Assembly: GCA_951406725.2 (NCBI GenBank)
Contig: OX597822.1
Coordinates: 16,616,001-16,680,000 of the forward strand
Origin: Octopus vulgaris
Lineage: Eukaryota
Direction: 5' to 3'
Length of the DNA stretch: 64,000 nt
Shown: positions 37,485 to 49,260 of the stretch, in pieces
Position numbering within the stretch: position 1 is the stretch's first letter
Layout of the letters: every line of letters begins with the position of its first letter
The notes under the pieces: model-generated
The model's input: the letters and a program-made list of their open reading frames with translations, nothing else
What the model was told of the DNA's origin: nothing
Database searches by the model: none
Translations under genes and position numbers: made by a program

Positions 37485-37487
<3 letters not shown>
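36875..37487 (-). mobile_element. 5'-truncated Penelope-like element: ORF C-terminus and 3' UTR with hammerhead, inserted in (TA)n
   Basis: Minus ORF end ALPFDKSKRFCNICNSELFHILFSKNPLVNTLIERSYKCKLWQKHTF* resembles the PY..K.CxLCxxE..I...LN...E...KCRH tail of PLE GIY-YIG domains; same-strand hammerhead downstream; (TA)n on both sides. Confidence 0.8.
36971..37052 (-). ncRNA. Type I hammerhead ribozyme with one stem III substitution
   Basis: Minus: ctttc CTGATGA gaaga-[long hairpin]-tcttc GAAA a atat GTC gaaag; the canonical form would be GAAA c atat g TC. Confidence 0.8.
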
Positions 37488-37564
<77 letters not shown>

Positions 37565-37596
37565 ATATATATAGGCATATATATATATATATATAT

Positions 37597-38023
37597 ACCA
37601 ATTAAGGACTGAACACGAAAAGTGGACAGTCAACATGCTAGATATAGACATCAAATCGCCATTCTCCACAAAAAGTCTATGTTCTCAGATCAAACTCAAC
37701 ACAAAACCAAAGCAATAAACAAGTGAAAAATATACGAAATAAATATTTACCCATGTACTAAATTTAGTTTCGGCTTTTATTTTCCGCAAGGAAAAGTGCA
37801 GCCATCATCAGCATGGTCCCATATAAAATGTAATTTGCTGTACTAAATGCCAACACGATACCGAAATATCGCGTGCATGGAGTACGGCCTATTACACTTG
37901 AAATATATATTTCAAATGTCTTTACTTTTGGCGCGATGAGACCCGAGAAAACTAGCCTGCAGCTAATAGTTAGCAGCAGTTAATTTATCGGTTAGAGAAC
38001 AAATATTTATATAAAATTATATA

Positions 38024-38027
<4 letters not shown>
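37597..38027 (-). mobile_element. Hammerhead-containing non-coding insert in (TA)n (PLE pseudo-LTR or retrozyme-like)
   Basis: Bounded by (TA)n tracts; no ORF; carries an intact hammerhead. Confidence 0.7.
37751..37816 (-). ncRNA. Type I hammerhead ribozyme, apparently intact
   Basis: Minus: ccatg CTGATGA t ggct gcac ttttcc ttgc ggaaaa taaa agcc GAAA ctaaatttag TA catgg; stems I, II and III all pair; GUA cleavage triplet; palindromic stem III. Confidence 0.88.
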
Positions 38028-38082
<55 letters not shown>

Positions 38083-38170
38083 CATATATATCTAATTTAG
38101 GATTAACATTTTTTCGAAAAAGATTTTATCAATCGCCAGCATATTAAAAAATACCTTTAACGGTTAAATT

Positions 38171-38390
38171 TATAAACAATTCATAAATGAGGACAAAGGA
38201 AAAACATTCTAATGCCAAATATGCCGAAAAATTGGACATATTGTCCCTTAGCCATATAATTTTTTCACAATACTCACGCTAGCGTGCGTATTGTGAAAAA
38301 ATTATATGGCTAAGGGACAATATGTCCAATTTTTCGGCATATTTGGCATTAGAATGTTTTTCCTTTGTCCTCATTTATGAATTGTGTATA
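38171..38390. repeat. Loopless palindrome, ~110-bp arms, 2 mismatches, inside a (TA)n-flanked insert
   Basis: Centre cacgct|agcgtg at 38280/38281. Confidence 0.95.
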
Positions 38391-38394
38391 TGCC

Positions 38395-38469
<75 letters not shown>

Positions 38470-38599
38470 GTTAATATGTGTATGTATACATTCAAATCTT
38501 TATGTGTGTATATATATATATACACACACATACATACATATACACATACATACATATATACATACATACACACAAACATACATTCATACATACATACAT

Positions 38600-39150
38600 G
38601 AGGGCAGCCCGCTCGTTATCGAGTATGGTCATTGCACGAAGCTTAATCAATGTTGTTATCGTGCAATGCCTGTGCAAGAGGAGTTTTTTTAAAGTGAGGA
38701 AAGGCTGTGCACTGAGTCAATCCCACTCACTAAGCAACAGCAACCATAATCCGAAAAGAAGAACAAGTCAACATCATCGGTAACCACTGAGCCGCAGGTT
38801 TTATGTCGGAGTTATCCCAGTTACCTGAGTTAACTTCTCCTAGAAGGATGCCCTAACAAAGGCTAGGAGTCCTTCACTCCCAATGGTTTAACCGCGCGAT
38901 CGGGTATTCAGTCCGATTATTTCTATGTCCCCGCGCATGATACAGCCTTAAGACATTTATTGGATGGCCGTTGACTCTCAAGAGTTCTTCCGCCCTTTGA
39001 CGGGTTTTGTTTTTCATCCCGCAGGGTGTCCAATAAACACCTCCTCACCAAGCAAGCTTGGTGGGGTTGCCGGTTTAGTCGACGACGACCCGACCATGCA
39101 ACAGGTTGTACTGGATTACATGTTACCAGTAGCACTCGAAAGTGACCTGA
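38600..39150 (-). mobile_element. Non-autonomous retroposon (RTE-like termini, tentative) embedded in (CATA)n
   Basis: 550-bp non-coding unit with a second partial copy at 8671-8834; the minus strand runs directly into (ATGT)n; (CATA)n on both flanks. Confidence 0.65.
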
Positions 39151-39243
39151 CATACATACATACATACATATATACATACATACATACATACATACATACA
39201 TGCATACATACATACATACATGCATACATACATACATACACAC

Positions 39244-39280
<37 letters not shown>

Positions 39281-41049
39281 TTTACAAACACCAGGAACTC
39301 TCTCAACTCAAAACGTGTTGTTGCTTTGTTAGCGATCATATTGAGTTCTCTTAACAAGACCTTAAATAAAACTCACAGAAAATATTGATGAGACCTCTGA
39401 TGAAAGGTACTTCGGCCATGGCCACAACCAATCGAGCCAGTCTCTTTAGTCTATTCTTTACTTTCCTACTCACCAGAGTCTTAGCGACTCCGAAAATGGA
39501 TCTTGACTGATGTCTCCAAAGCCTTTGATTAAACGATCGAAAACTCTGTTCTTTTAAGCACCTTAAGATAGAAAGGATCTGGAGGAGATACGGCTGTAAT
39601 TTCCGACCGACTGCTTGAAATTGCAGAAGACTGCTTACAACAGGCCACGTTAGCCATTATTGCAATGTGTTATTGGCAATCGTTCTCATTATGAAAATAT
39701 TTAGGTAGGTGCACCGCGAAAATAATAAAATTACATTTGAAAAAATATGAAGAATACGAACTGAAATTTTCTTTATTATTTCTTTAATAAAATAGAAGCT
39801 GCTTAATAATTGTCTATAGCTTAAATTATAATTATATTCTAAGGAGAGACTAGACTTAAGTATAGTCAAGTAAGAAATTCGCTTTCCAATTATGAAACAC
39901 CGTTTTCGATGCTATTGCATGGTACTTTAGGCAAGTGGCTTGATTGACTAGCATTTGTGAACAAAACTGATAAGTCGGAGACTATGTAGAATCCTTTCAA
40001 ATGCGTTGCACTAATGTCGGGAGGATTCACCTTCAAGAATTGTATTTAAGTTATACCTGTCTGCGATGTAATCAGATACGTACAGCAAATAACTGAATGT
40101 TTGTCGTCGAAATCGACGATATTCCCATTACTCTGAGCCTAAAATATTTAATGCTATTTTTAATACATTTTCTTTTATACAAAACAAAATTTCCCAAATA
40201 TACTTATTTGCTCAAAAAAAAAGGCGAATTAGCAGTGGTTAGCGCATCAGCCGAAATGCCTTGTAGTATTTATTCCGACTCTTAGCTTTCTAATTCAATC
40301 CCTTCAGAGTCGACTTTACGTTTTAATGAATCTCAGGCTGATAATTCTAGTCACCCGTCTAGGGTAGTTGACCAACGAAATCGTTAGAGTGCCTGAAAGG
40401 GCTGCCGGCACCAAATCTCGCTCATATAGGCAAGATGCTGTTCACGATATCAGCGATATTATCCAAAGCAAAACCAAGAACCTATACAGCTTGGTGCCAC
40501 TGTCATCATAGTTGTTGCTTCAGATTACAAAGAGAACGAACTACTGCTACAATTCATCTCACCGGACGACCTAATCATTCTGCCAATTCTCCTCCCTGGC
40601 CTGCCACTTTATTTATCAACATAGCGGGATGGAAGGAAAAGCTGACTTCGACAGGATTTGACTTCAGATGCTGAAGGCCGAGACGTATACCCCAAGACAC
40701 AATTAACTAACGACTCTGACAATCTCTTGCCTGCCGAACAATATGTTTCAGCAAAATGTCTTCCTCCTAAATCTTTTATTCTGTTATTCTTTTATCCTGT
40801 TGTTCAGACATTGAACTGCAGCTACACGTTTCAGTCAATATAATCGACTTCGGTGCTTATAGATTTAACCTTATTTTATCGAAGGTTGACAGATAAATTT
40901 ATCAAAAAATTCAGAAATCAATTCTTGATTACTAAGCATACTAATTATCATATGTGAAAGATATAATAAGCTGCAGTTAGATAAATCTATTTTTAATACA
41001 AATGGCAATGCTGAGGACAAGAAAATCAGAGTGAGTGAGTTGTGTAGCG

Positions 41050-41170
41050 ATAGCAAGTGTGGGATGGATACTGAAGAACGTACTGCTGTGTAAACATCAG
41101 GATGGGAAACACGCAGTTGGAAGGCCTAAACGGACACGGGCTCATTGGAGGACAGTTGATAAAATCCATT
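41050..41170 (+). mobile_element. RTE-type LINE C-terminal fragment
   Basis: WILKNVLLCKHQDGKHAVGRPKRT..HWRTV resembles the K.VL...G.R..GRP..W end of RTE ORFs. Confidence 0.55.
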
Positions 41171-41417
41171 TGAGTTCCACTTTCCATTTGTGTCTTTCAT
41201 TATTGTCTCCAAGACTATTCCAAGGGGTTTCTTCTCTTTTTATCCCTCTTCACTCCCTGACATTCTCTCTTCAGTTTTCCCGTTGATAGAGGAGACCACT
41301 GTTCGTGGAGACTCGCCTCTATTTTATTGAACGTTGATAAGCAATTGTGTTCAATAAGCAATCAATTGCGATAAAGTAATTAAAAAACATGAAATTATAT
41401 ACTACAATGTGTTAAAT

Positions 41418-41626
41418 ATTCTTTCCTACTTTCGGCACAAGGCCCGCAATTTTAGGGGAGGGAGCCAGTCGATTAAATCGACCCAGTACGTAACTGGTAC
41501 TTAATTTATGGACCCCGAAAGGATGAAAGGCAAAGTCAACCACGGTGAAATTTGAACCCAGAACGTAAAGACAGACGAAATACTGCTAAGCCCGCCGTTC
41601 TAACGTTTCTGCCAGCTCACCGCCTT
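41418..41626 (-). mobile_element. SINE family B, alternative tail
   Basis: Family B head and core with tail cccctaaaattgcgggccttgtgccgaaagtaggaaag. Confidence 0.85.
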
Positions 41627-42323
41627 ATAATGTACAAAATATTAATAATAATGCTGGCAACAAAAAGGTTAATGTAACTGGCTCAAGCAGCAATAATGAG
41701 TGTTGAAGAGATATAAAAGAGGTTCTAAAGAGAAAAATCTGATAACCAATCGGAAAGTCTAAACTGATATGGTAAAAATGTATAAAAATTTATCAAAAAT
41801 ACGACAAAAAATATGTCATGATACGAAAGAGATGGCATTCATGAAGTAATGATGGCGGGAATGGATATAAGGATGTGCAGTCGCGTACGAGATGGATTAA
41901 GGACTACGACCCAAGAATTATTGATTTCAGCCAATTCATGACAATAGCTTTTCTTTCTTTTTATTTTTTGGTGGGTTGTTTTTTTTCTGAACGCATAATG
42001 AATCCTATGTTGAAGGTGGGTAGTGACACGACGCAACTTCCAAATCACAAACAGACATAAACATATTAAACAAATCTGGATGGCGACCATTTTTGTTTCT
42101 CTTTAAATGGTCGACTTAATTCGTAAAAAAAATTTCCGTCCCTACAAATAAATTTGTACTAAATGCATTCAGTGTAAATCTTTTAGTATTTCCATCTCTT
42201 AAGACACGTCAAATTCGCTTCTCTCACGATTCAGCAAAAGGTACCCAACGGTTACAATGTCAATGCCTTTACTTAAAAGAAATAGAAAAACAAAATGGAA
42301 CCTTTTATGCATTTACCTGAAAA

Positions 42324-42540
42324 TATTGGTTTCAAATTTTAGCACAAGACCAGCAATTTAGAGGGAAGGGCAAATCGATTACATCGACCCCAGTTCTCAA
42401 CTGGTACTTATTTTATCAAGTCCAAAAGGATAAAAAGCAAAATCGACGCCGGTGGTATTCGAACTCAGAACGTCCAGTCGAAAGGAATGCCGCTAAGCAT
42501 CTTTTCGACGTGCTTAACGATTTGACCAGTTTACCGACTT
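42324..42540 (-). mobile_element. SINE family B, diverged
   Basis: gattacatcgaccccagttctcaactggtacttattttatc...gaactcagaacg. Confidence 0.8.
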
Positions 42541-44394
42541 ATTTAGCTGAAATTATAGAAACCATTTATGTGAGTAACCACCAACGTCTCTCTGTACTCT
42601 CCATATTGTGTATTGATACTTTCTCTACAAAGAGAGTATCTACACAGTTTTGTACGTGTGCAAGAGCGGTTTTCTTTATCGTTTCCCAGCTCATAAGATC
42701 ACGTCCCAGATTAGAGAGTAGTTATTTATTGTACTCTCTCTCCACCATTTTCGGAGGCAATAGATACCCAAACCGAGTACAAACTAGTAGCTAGAATTAA
42801 GTTAAAAAGAATGGTTAACTACATTATTATGGGCACAACATACCATTCTGCTGATGAGATATAAACCACAGAAATTTCATCGATCGACGGCGTCACATCG
42901 ACATCCTACTGACGACCTTCCCCCTCAGCAGTAACTCCTTGTAAACTTTTTATTCAATGCTTACATTTATCATTCTTACAGAACTTCAAATTTAAATGGC
43001 TGTGTATATTTAGTCTCCTATTTTACAGCTACTGCTACTCAAACATCTGTAAGATTTCAGAGAAGACCCAAGGATAAATCGAAGGATTTAATAAACCATG
43101 TGGAAAGAAATCTTAATGAACAGCATTCTCGGTCTAAAATTTCAATTTTCAAGAACGAATTTTACCTGCAGGCAATCAGCATAGATAAACAATTTAAATA
43201 CTATCTGTAAATTAATGATGTCACCATTGAGTAAACGATGATTATTTGGATTGTCTCCATTGATATGAATGTCAAATTTGCATGTAATAATAAAATAATG
43301 TTATATTCTCGGTTTGTATGGGAGGACAGAAGTGCGTGAAATACTTGAATGTTTGCAAACAATGCCGGAAATTTGAGAAGCGAATTTTACATTTAGTATC
43401 CTCTCGCATCAGGAAATTTATCACTCAATCTAGAAATAGAATTAATTCGTTTTTACCAAAACTTCATTGTGTTTGCAGATGTAAATCAGTGATTGGATAT
43501 TATAGGATTCCTTTTAAAATGTTTCCTGTGGCCCGAGGACTTAATTAAGATTCAAAAGGGAAGAATAAACAGATATATATAACTTAATTACAAGTGATTT
43601 GAAGTAGGCATTTGAAAGTTCTTCAGCGACTAATTGGATATCAAAAGTATTGGAAATGCAAAATAGCAACTTTGGGCAGGACGACGAACGATCGATTCTC
43701 ACATACCGAGGAATATTTCTGAGCAGGTTTGAATCGGAATGAAGCTAGTGATGGATTGTTTAAATTAATCTCAACTGTTTCGGTTTCACTAATAACCAAA
43801 TTGAATTCTTAATTCTAACCAAACATATTCAAGGTCAATAATTAGAGATAGTCTAAATTTTCTTTATCCTGCTAATAGCGTTCTTTTAGCAAAATTGCCT
43901 GAACATTCCGTTTTTTTATTTTGGTTCCCAACGCTCTGCGTTCAAATTCTGCCGACTTCACGTTCACTAGTCATTCTTTTCGGGTGGATAAAATAAAGTA
44001 CTAGTGTATAAACATAGAATCTTTGATCACTTTGAAAGGGAGAAACTGTCGGATCCGTCTTCCCACAAATTCTTCAGCCTTTTCTTAACTTGGGTTGATT
44101 ATCTTTTATCTTTTACTAGTTTCAACCAGATGCTGAGGCCATGCTGGAGCGGTATGTTTCTAGTGAAGTAACGAGCTGGATGGAGCTGCTCTTCTTTGTG
44201 CTTCTTGCTGTGCTGTAGGTCCATCAAGTTTCTCAGATAAAAAAATTTTCCACATGCTTTTTGAAGTCCTCCACATCTATACTTAGCTGTCAGAATGTTT
44301 AATAAGTGTGCATCTCTGAAACTCAGGCTGTTCGAGTACCGAGTCCTTATTCAAGAGAGAGAAGGCGAGATCTTGGGTACTATGTATTTGAAAG

Positions 44395-44480
44395 TTATAC
44401 CAGCCACCAGTTCGGTGACTGGTATAGCTTTCAGTTCCAAAGTGGGGAGCCAGAACTTCCAGGATCCTCCATATATATAT
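44395..44480 (-). mobile_element. Short fragment of the LINE family at 25572-26662
   Basis: IYIWRILEVLAPHFGTESYTSHRTG vs IYIWKILEGLVPNFGIESYTNARTG. Confidence 0.75.
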
Positions 44481-45954
44481 GTATACATGTATATATGTAT
44501 ATATATATATATATATACATGTATACATATATATATATATCTCACTGCCTATCTTTCACGCCTTCTCTCTAGAGAGAAGAGCTTCAGTTCCTTTGGTCTC
44601 TCCCTGTGGCTCTTCTGATTACACCAAGAAATTATGGAATATTTTTCTGTTTTCTTCCTTTCTTATTGATGATTTTATGACTAAAATCTCTCCAGGAGTA
44701 AGGAACCTTCACTAAACTGTCAGAGTGTAAGCGTTCTTCATGTGACTCCTGCCAAATAATTCCTGTGAATGTTTCTAATAACTGTTTTCCCACTTTCAAT
44801 TTGTATTTCCATTTCACAAACAAAAGTTCCAATGCTGTTAATTGTTTGAATGATTTGAGAAACAATGAAAAAAATTGACTTTAGCATGAAATACCACTAA
44901 TTACATTCGCATCTTAGCTCCAATGTTGTTTCTTAAATCATCAAAAACGTGTTTGTATTTCCTTATTTCCTATTTCTCATCTTAGTAAATGTCTGATAGT
45001 ATTTAAACATGTATCGGCGTCTCTGCGACTGCGCGTTAACTTGTTTAGATGCAAAGTATTTCAAAGTTATCTTAAATTTTAATTTATTAATGAATAAATT
45101 TAGGAAAGTCTGTGTGGTTAACAAGTTTGCAGCGAAATTATGGGGTTTAGCGTATGATCCTGTTGTGTGATACCTTAATCAAGAATTTTCTAACAATACC
45201 TTTTGAGGGAAATTTGGTGGATAGAAAAAGTGTGCAAGTCCGCAGATTCAACTTTTCTCTTTCTTGGTCGCAGACTTGATTTTTCGTCCAATTTAACACC
45301 GACACCCGTTTTAAACCCGTTAGGGCGCTGCCTTTGTTGGTTTGGTAAGCATTGAGGCCAGATCTATGGTCTGGGCAGAGCTGTGAGGGAAGAGAGTTGA
45401 TAGAGACGGCAATAGCGCCGAGCATCCATTTCAGAGAAAATACAATCACGGAGAAGAATGAAACTAAAATTATTTGGAATCTGGAATCATCTCTGTTAAC
45501 TTCGTTATACTAACTGCCTAACAGTTTCGGAAGCTGATGTGAATGTGTTTCCTTGCTTTAAGAAAAGAGACCAGAATAGAGGTCTTATTACATATAATTT
45601 CTGTGCGTAGTTCTCGTTAAAACAATATCAAGCTACACCAAATTCATGAACACTGTAAAGTTCGTATAAATTCACAGTCTGCTTGCCACAACACAAAACA
45701 ACCAGCATTGACGTTAAAATGTAATATTGGCCACTGAATACAAGCAAAATGTTGATCGAACTAATGAATAATATTAGTTCTGGGAAATCGATCAAATCAC
45801 TTGTTTGTGTAATGAAGAGCGAATGAGTGTAACATATCGTGAGTCAATTGTACAGACAGGGTCACAGAAAAACGTTTTTAGGGGTTTGCGTTAGGCTGAA
45901 TAGAGCTGGGGGACTTAACATAACGCGTGCGTAAATGCTTCTACATATATATCT

Positions 45955-46365
45955 GTGGCTGTGTGGTAAGTAGCTTGCTAACCAACCACATGGTTCCGGG
46001 TTCAGTCCCACTGCGTGGCATCTTGGGCACGTGTCTTCTGCTATAGCCCCGGGCCGACCAATGCCTTGTGAGTGGATTTGGTAGACGGAAACTGAAAGAA
46101 GCCTGTCGAATATATGTATATATATATATATATATGTGTGTGTGTATGTTTGTGTGTCTGTGTTTGTCTCCCTAGCATTGCTTGACAACCGATGCTGGTG
46201 TGTTTACGTCCCCGTCACTTAGCGGTTCGGCAAAAGAGACCGATAGAATAAGTACTGGGCTTACAAAGAATAAGTACCGGGGTCGATTTGCTCGACTAAA
46301 GGCGGTGCTCCAGCATGGCCGCAGTCAAATGACTGAAACAAGTAAAAGAGTAAAAGAGTAAAGAG
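45955..46365 (+). mobile_element. SINE family A, near full length
   Basis: Highly similar to 17046-17447; complete tail ggcggtgctccagcatggccgcagtcaaatgactgaaacaag(taaaagag)n. Confidence 0.92.
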
Positions 46366-46366
46366 A

Positions 46367-46440
<74 letters not shown>

Positions 46441-46709
46441 CAGTTGTATACTGTCAACTTAACGTGACAATCCCATAAAGGGAATCACATACCGCTATTT
46501 AGTCCTAGGAAGCATCAACGCTTCCTGTCGGTCTTGACACATTTCCTGTGTCCTTAAGTTTACAAGGGGGAGACAAGCACCCCCATCCAGCTAAGCCTGC
46601 AACCAGAGACATGTTTCTGAGTCGATTACATCGTCTCATCCTCCGTCCTGAAATTGCTGGCCTTGTGCCAGAATTTGAATCCAATTATGTCTGTTCTGTT
46701 TTATATAAT

Positions 46710-46885
46710 CATAACGACGTCATGATTATAGAAGAGGACAACGTCGTCGCTCTTACACCGATGACTTGATTGCAGCCACTGGCCTGGAATGGATCCAGGA
46801 CCACGAGGCAGTGATGATGGACCGAGAAGTGTAACGGGTAGACTTTGTCGATGCGGCCCGGGTTGGAACCCGACCATAATGATAA
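46710..46885 (+). mobile_element. RTE-type LINE 3' end (decayed)
   Basis: RRGQRRRSYTDDL...MMDREV then gcccgggttggaacccgacca-taatgataa, typical of an RTE terminus. Confidence 0.5.
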
Positions 46886-47084
46886 ATTATATGATCACTT
46901 ATTAATTTTGTCAAAGTCATTTTTCAGAAGTTTGAAATTTTTCACCATGTCTTAATATTTTGCGAAGTGTTTCTGCCCCTCCCCTTGTTTTATTATAATT
47001 TTATTTCGTTCATCTTACATTTGAAACACATATACGTATTATTGTTTGTGTGAATGGGCTCTGGTGGCAATAATAAAGAAAAAA

Positions 47085-47085
47085 A

Positions 47086-47151
<66 letters not shown>

Positions 47152-47153
47152 CA

Positions 47154-47184
<31 letters not shown>

Positions 47185-47205
47185 TATTATTATTATCATT
47201 ATTAT
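47085..47205. repeat. (ATT)n microsatellite
   Basis: Direct reading. Confidence 0.95.
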
Positions 47206-47715
47206 AGATATATTACCATCGCAGTTGATAACACTTTGCATCATTTCTCTTTTTTTCCCCTCGTTTTCTCAATATTCAACATGTCAGAGACACAGCTGAT
47301 ACAGAAAGAAAGGTTTGTTTAAATTACCATGTAAATGGTGTATGAAGAGAATTAGTAAATAGCTTGTGCTCAGTGGAATTTTCTAGTAGTTTCCTACCTT
47401 CTCACATTGGAACCACACAGCGATGAAAAGGGGTTTCCTTTGTGCAGTATAAAGGGAGGCATTTTAAGCTGAATAAGAGATCATTTGTCTATGGCACTGA
47501 GATTTACAAGCAAGAATATCAATGTGTAATACTGACTTGCAATATTTGTGTTTATTTTGATAACCAGCTGATATTGACAGACCGTGATCAATTCACTGAC
47601 ATTTTACTAGTAATGTCATACAATCCGTTATGGCGGTTTCAAAACATGGTTTCATGTGGTATACTCCATGTACAACACTCCTTGTTGCTTTTAAATATAT
47701 CTGCTAAGAACTTAT

Positions 47716-47916
47716 ACAGAGAGGACAAACAAGGACAGGCAAACGGATTAAATCGATTATATCGACCCCAGTGCGTAACAGGTACTTATTTAATCGACCC
47801 CAAAAGGATGAAAGGCAAAGTCGACCTCGGCGGAATTTGAACTCAGAACGTAGCAGCAGACGAAATACCGCTAAGCATTTCACCCGGCGTGCTAACGATT
47901 CTGCCAGCTCGCTGCC
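47716..47916 (-). mobile_element. SINE family B
   Basis: Close match to 33264-33503. Confidence 0.88.
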
Positions 47917-48471
47917 GTATCTGCATGCATAACCATGGATTTAGAATGCGTATATACACACACACACACAAACACGCAACTAAAAACACATGTGTGCATA
48001 TACACCATTACAGAATCATATTTACGGGCAATTATAAACGCACATATATACATACACACAAATAAACATAAGCACAGACACACATGCACATATATACATG
48101 CATAGATACATGCTTATACACATAGTCGTCATAAAACTCTTGGGTTTGTTCAAATTTGTATATTTTAGTTATTTAACGTTGGAATTAATCAGTGAAAGAC
48201 AAGTGAAATTCTGTTTTTTCATGTTGTTTTACCGTTACTCTAGAAGTACGCTTAGAAGCAGATTTTTAAATACACTTTGAAGCAGATTTATTTGTTGCTC
48301 TCTGCATCATATTTGCGATGCTGTCCGTCAACATCAAAAGTTGTTAAATATACAGTTGTATTTTCGTAATTCAATAAAAAAAAGAGAGAAAGTAATTATT
48401 TTTTAACAATTAATAAATATTCATAACCATACTTTTGATTTACGAAATGTTTTGACAGACTAATTCTAACG

Positions 48472-49260
48472 TACGAAGTGCGTTCAAAAAGTATCTGCAT
48501 GAGCCAAATACATTGGGTGTGGCGGTGACATCATCCTTCCTGTGCACGCGTGAAAACTTTCACGTCGGTAGGCCGCGTCAGTTCCCGGCTGTTACACCTC
48601 GAGTACAGACGTGTAGTGCGTGCGCGTCGGATTTTTGTTTTCACCGAATGCACCGAGTAGGGATATTGCTTCAGTTCTGCGAAACGTTTGGTGACGCTTA
48701 AGTTCAAACCATCCAGAAAGTGCAGCAGACCTTTGGCAATGATACAATGAGCAACACTCAGATCAGGGAGTGGTACAAACGCTTGAAACATGGCTGCAGC
48801 TCAGTAGAGAGCGAGCCACACACGAAAAGGCCATCCACGCGCCGAAACTGATTGAGAAGGTTCAGCGAATAGAAGACCGCCATTTAGCAATCTAGAAAAT
48901 TGCCCACAAAGTGGGAATAAGCACAGAATGAGTGCATTCCATTTTAATGAAGGATTTGCGCGTGCGGAGGTGAAAGCGAAGAAATCACGTTGGTTACTTA
49001 TTGAATGCACCCCGTAATCCAAGCTTTCCTGATTGATAACTGCACACCACTGGTAACCTACTCTCCCGACTTGGCACCGTGTGACTTCTGGCTCTTCCCC
49101 AAACTGAAAACCACGCTGAAAGTGAAGCTATTTGGATCACCAGAGAAAATTCTGAGAAAAGAGACGGTGAAGTTCCATAGCATTCCAGAGATGCTACCAG
49201 GGATGGCAGAACCGCTGAGAGAAATGCGTGAACTCCCGAGGGAAGTATTTTGAAGGCTGT
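48472..49260 (+). mobile_element. Internally deleted mariner transposon relic
   Basis: TA-cgaagtgcgttcaaaaagt TIR-like start; QFCETFGDA*VQTIQKVQQTFGNDTMSNTQIREWYKRLKHG..ESEPHTKRPST (HTH) and YSPDLAPCDFWLFPKLK (mariner signature). Confidence 0.88.

Noticed and set aside
39400-39650. TDVSKAFD RT-like peptide
   Set aside because: Probably an ancient LINE scrap, but too short and broken to delimit; similar faint scraps near 43580-43660 and 58380-58490
42851-42900. ctgatga motif
   Set aside because: No properly placed stem II or GAAA box
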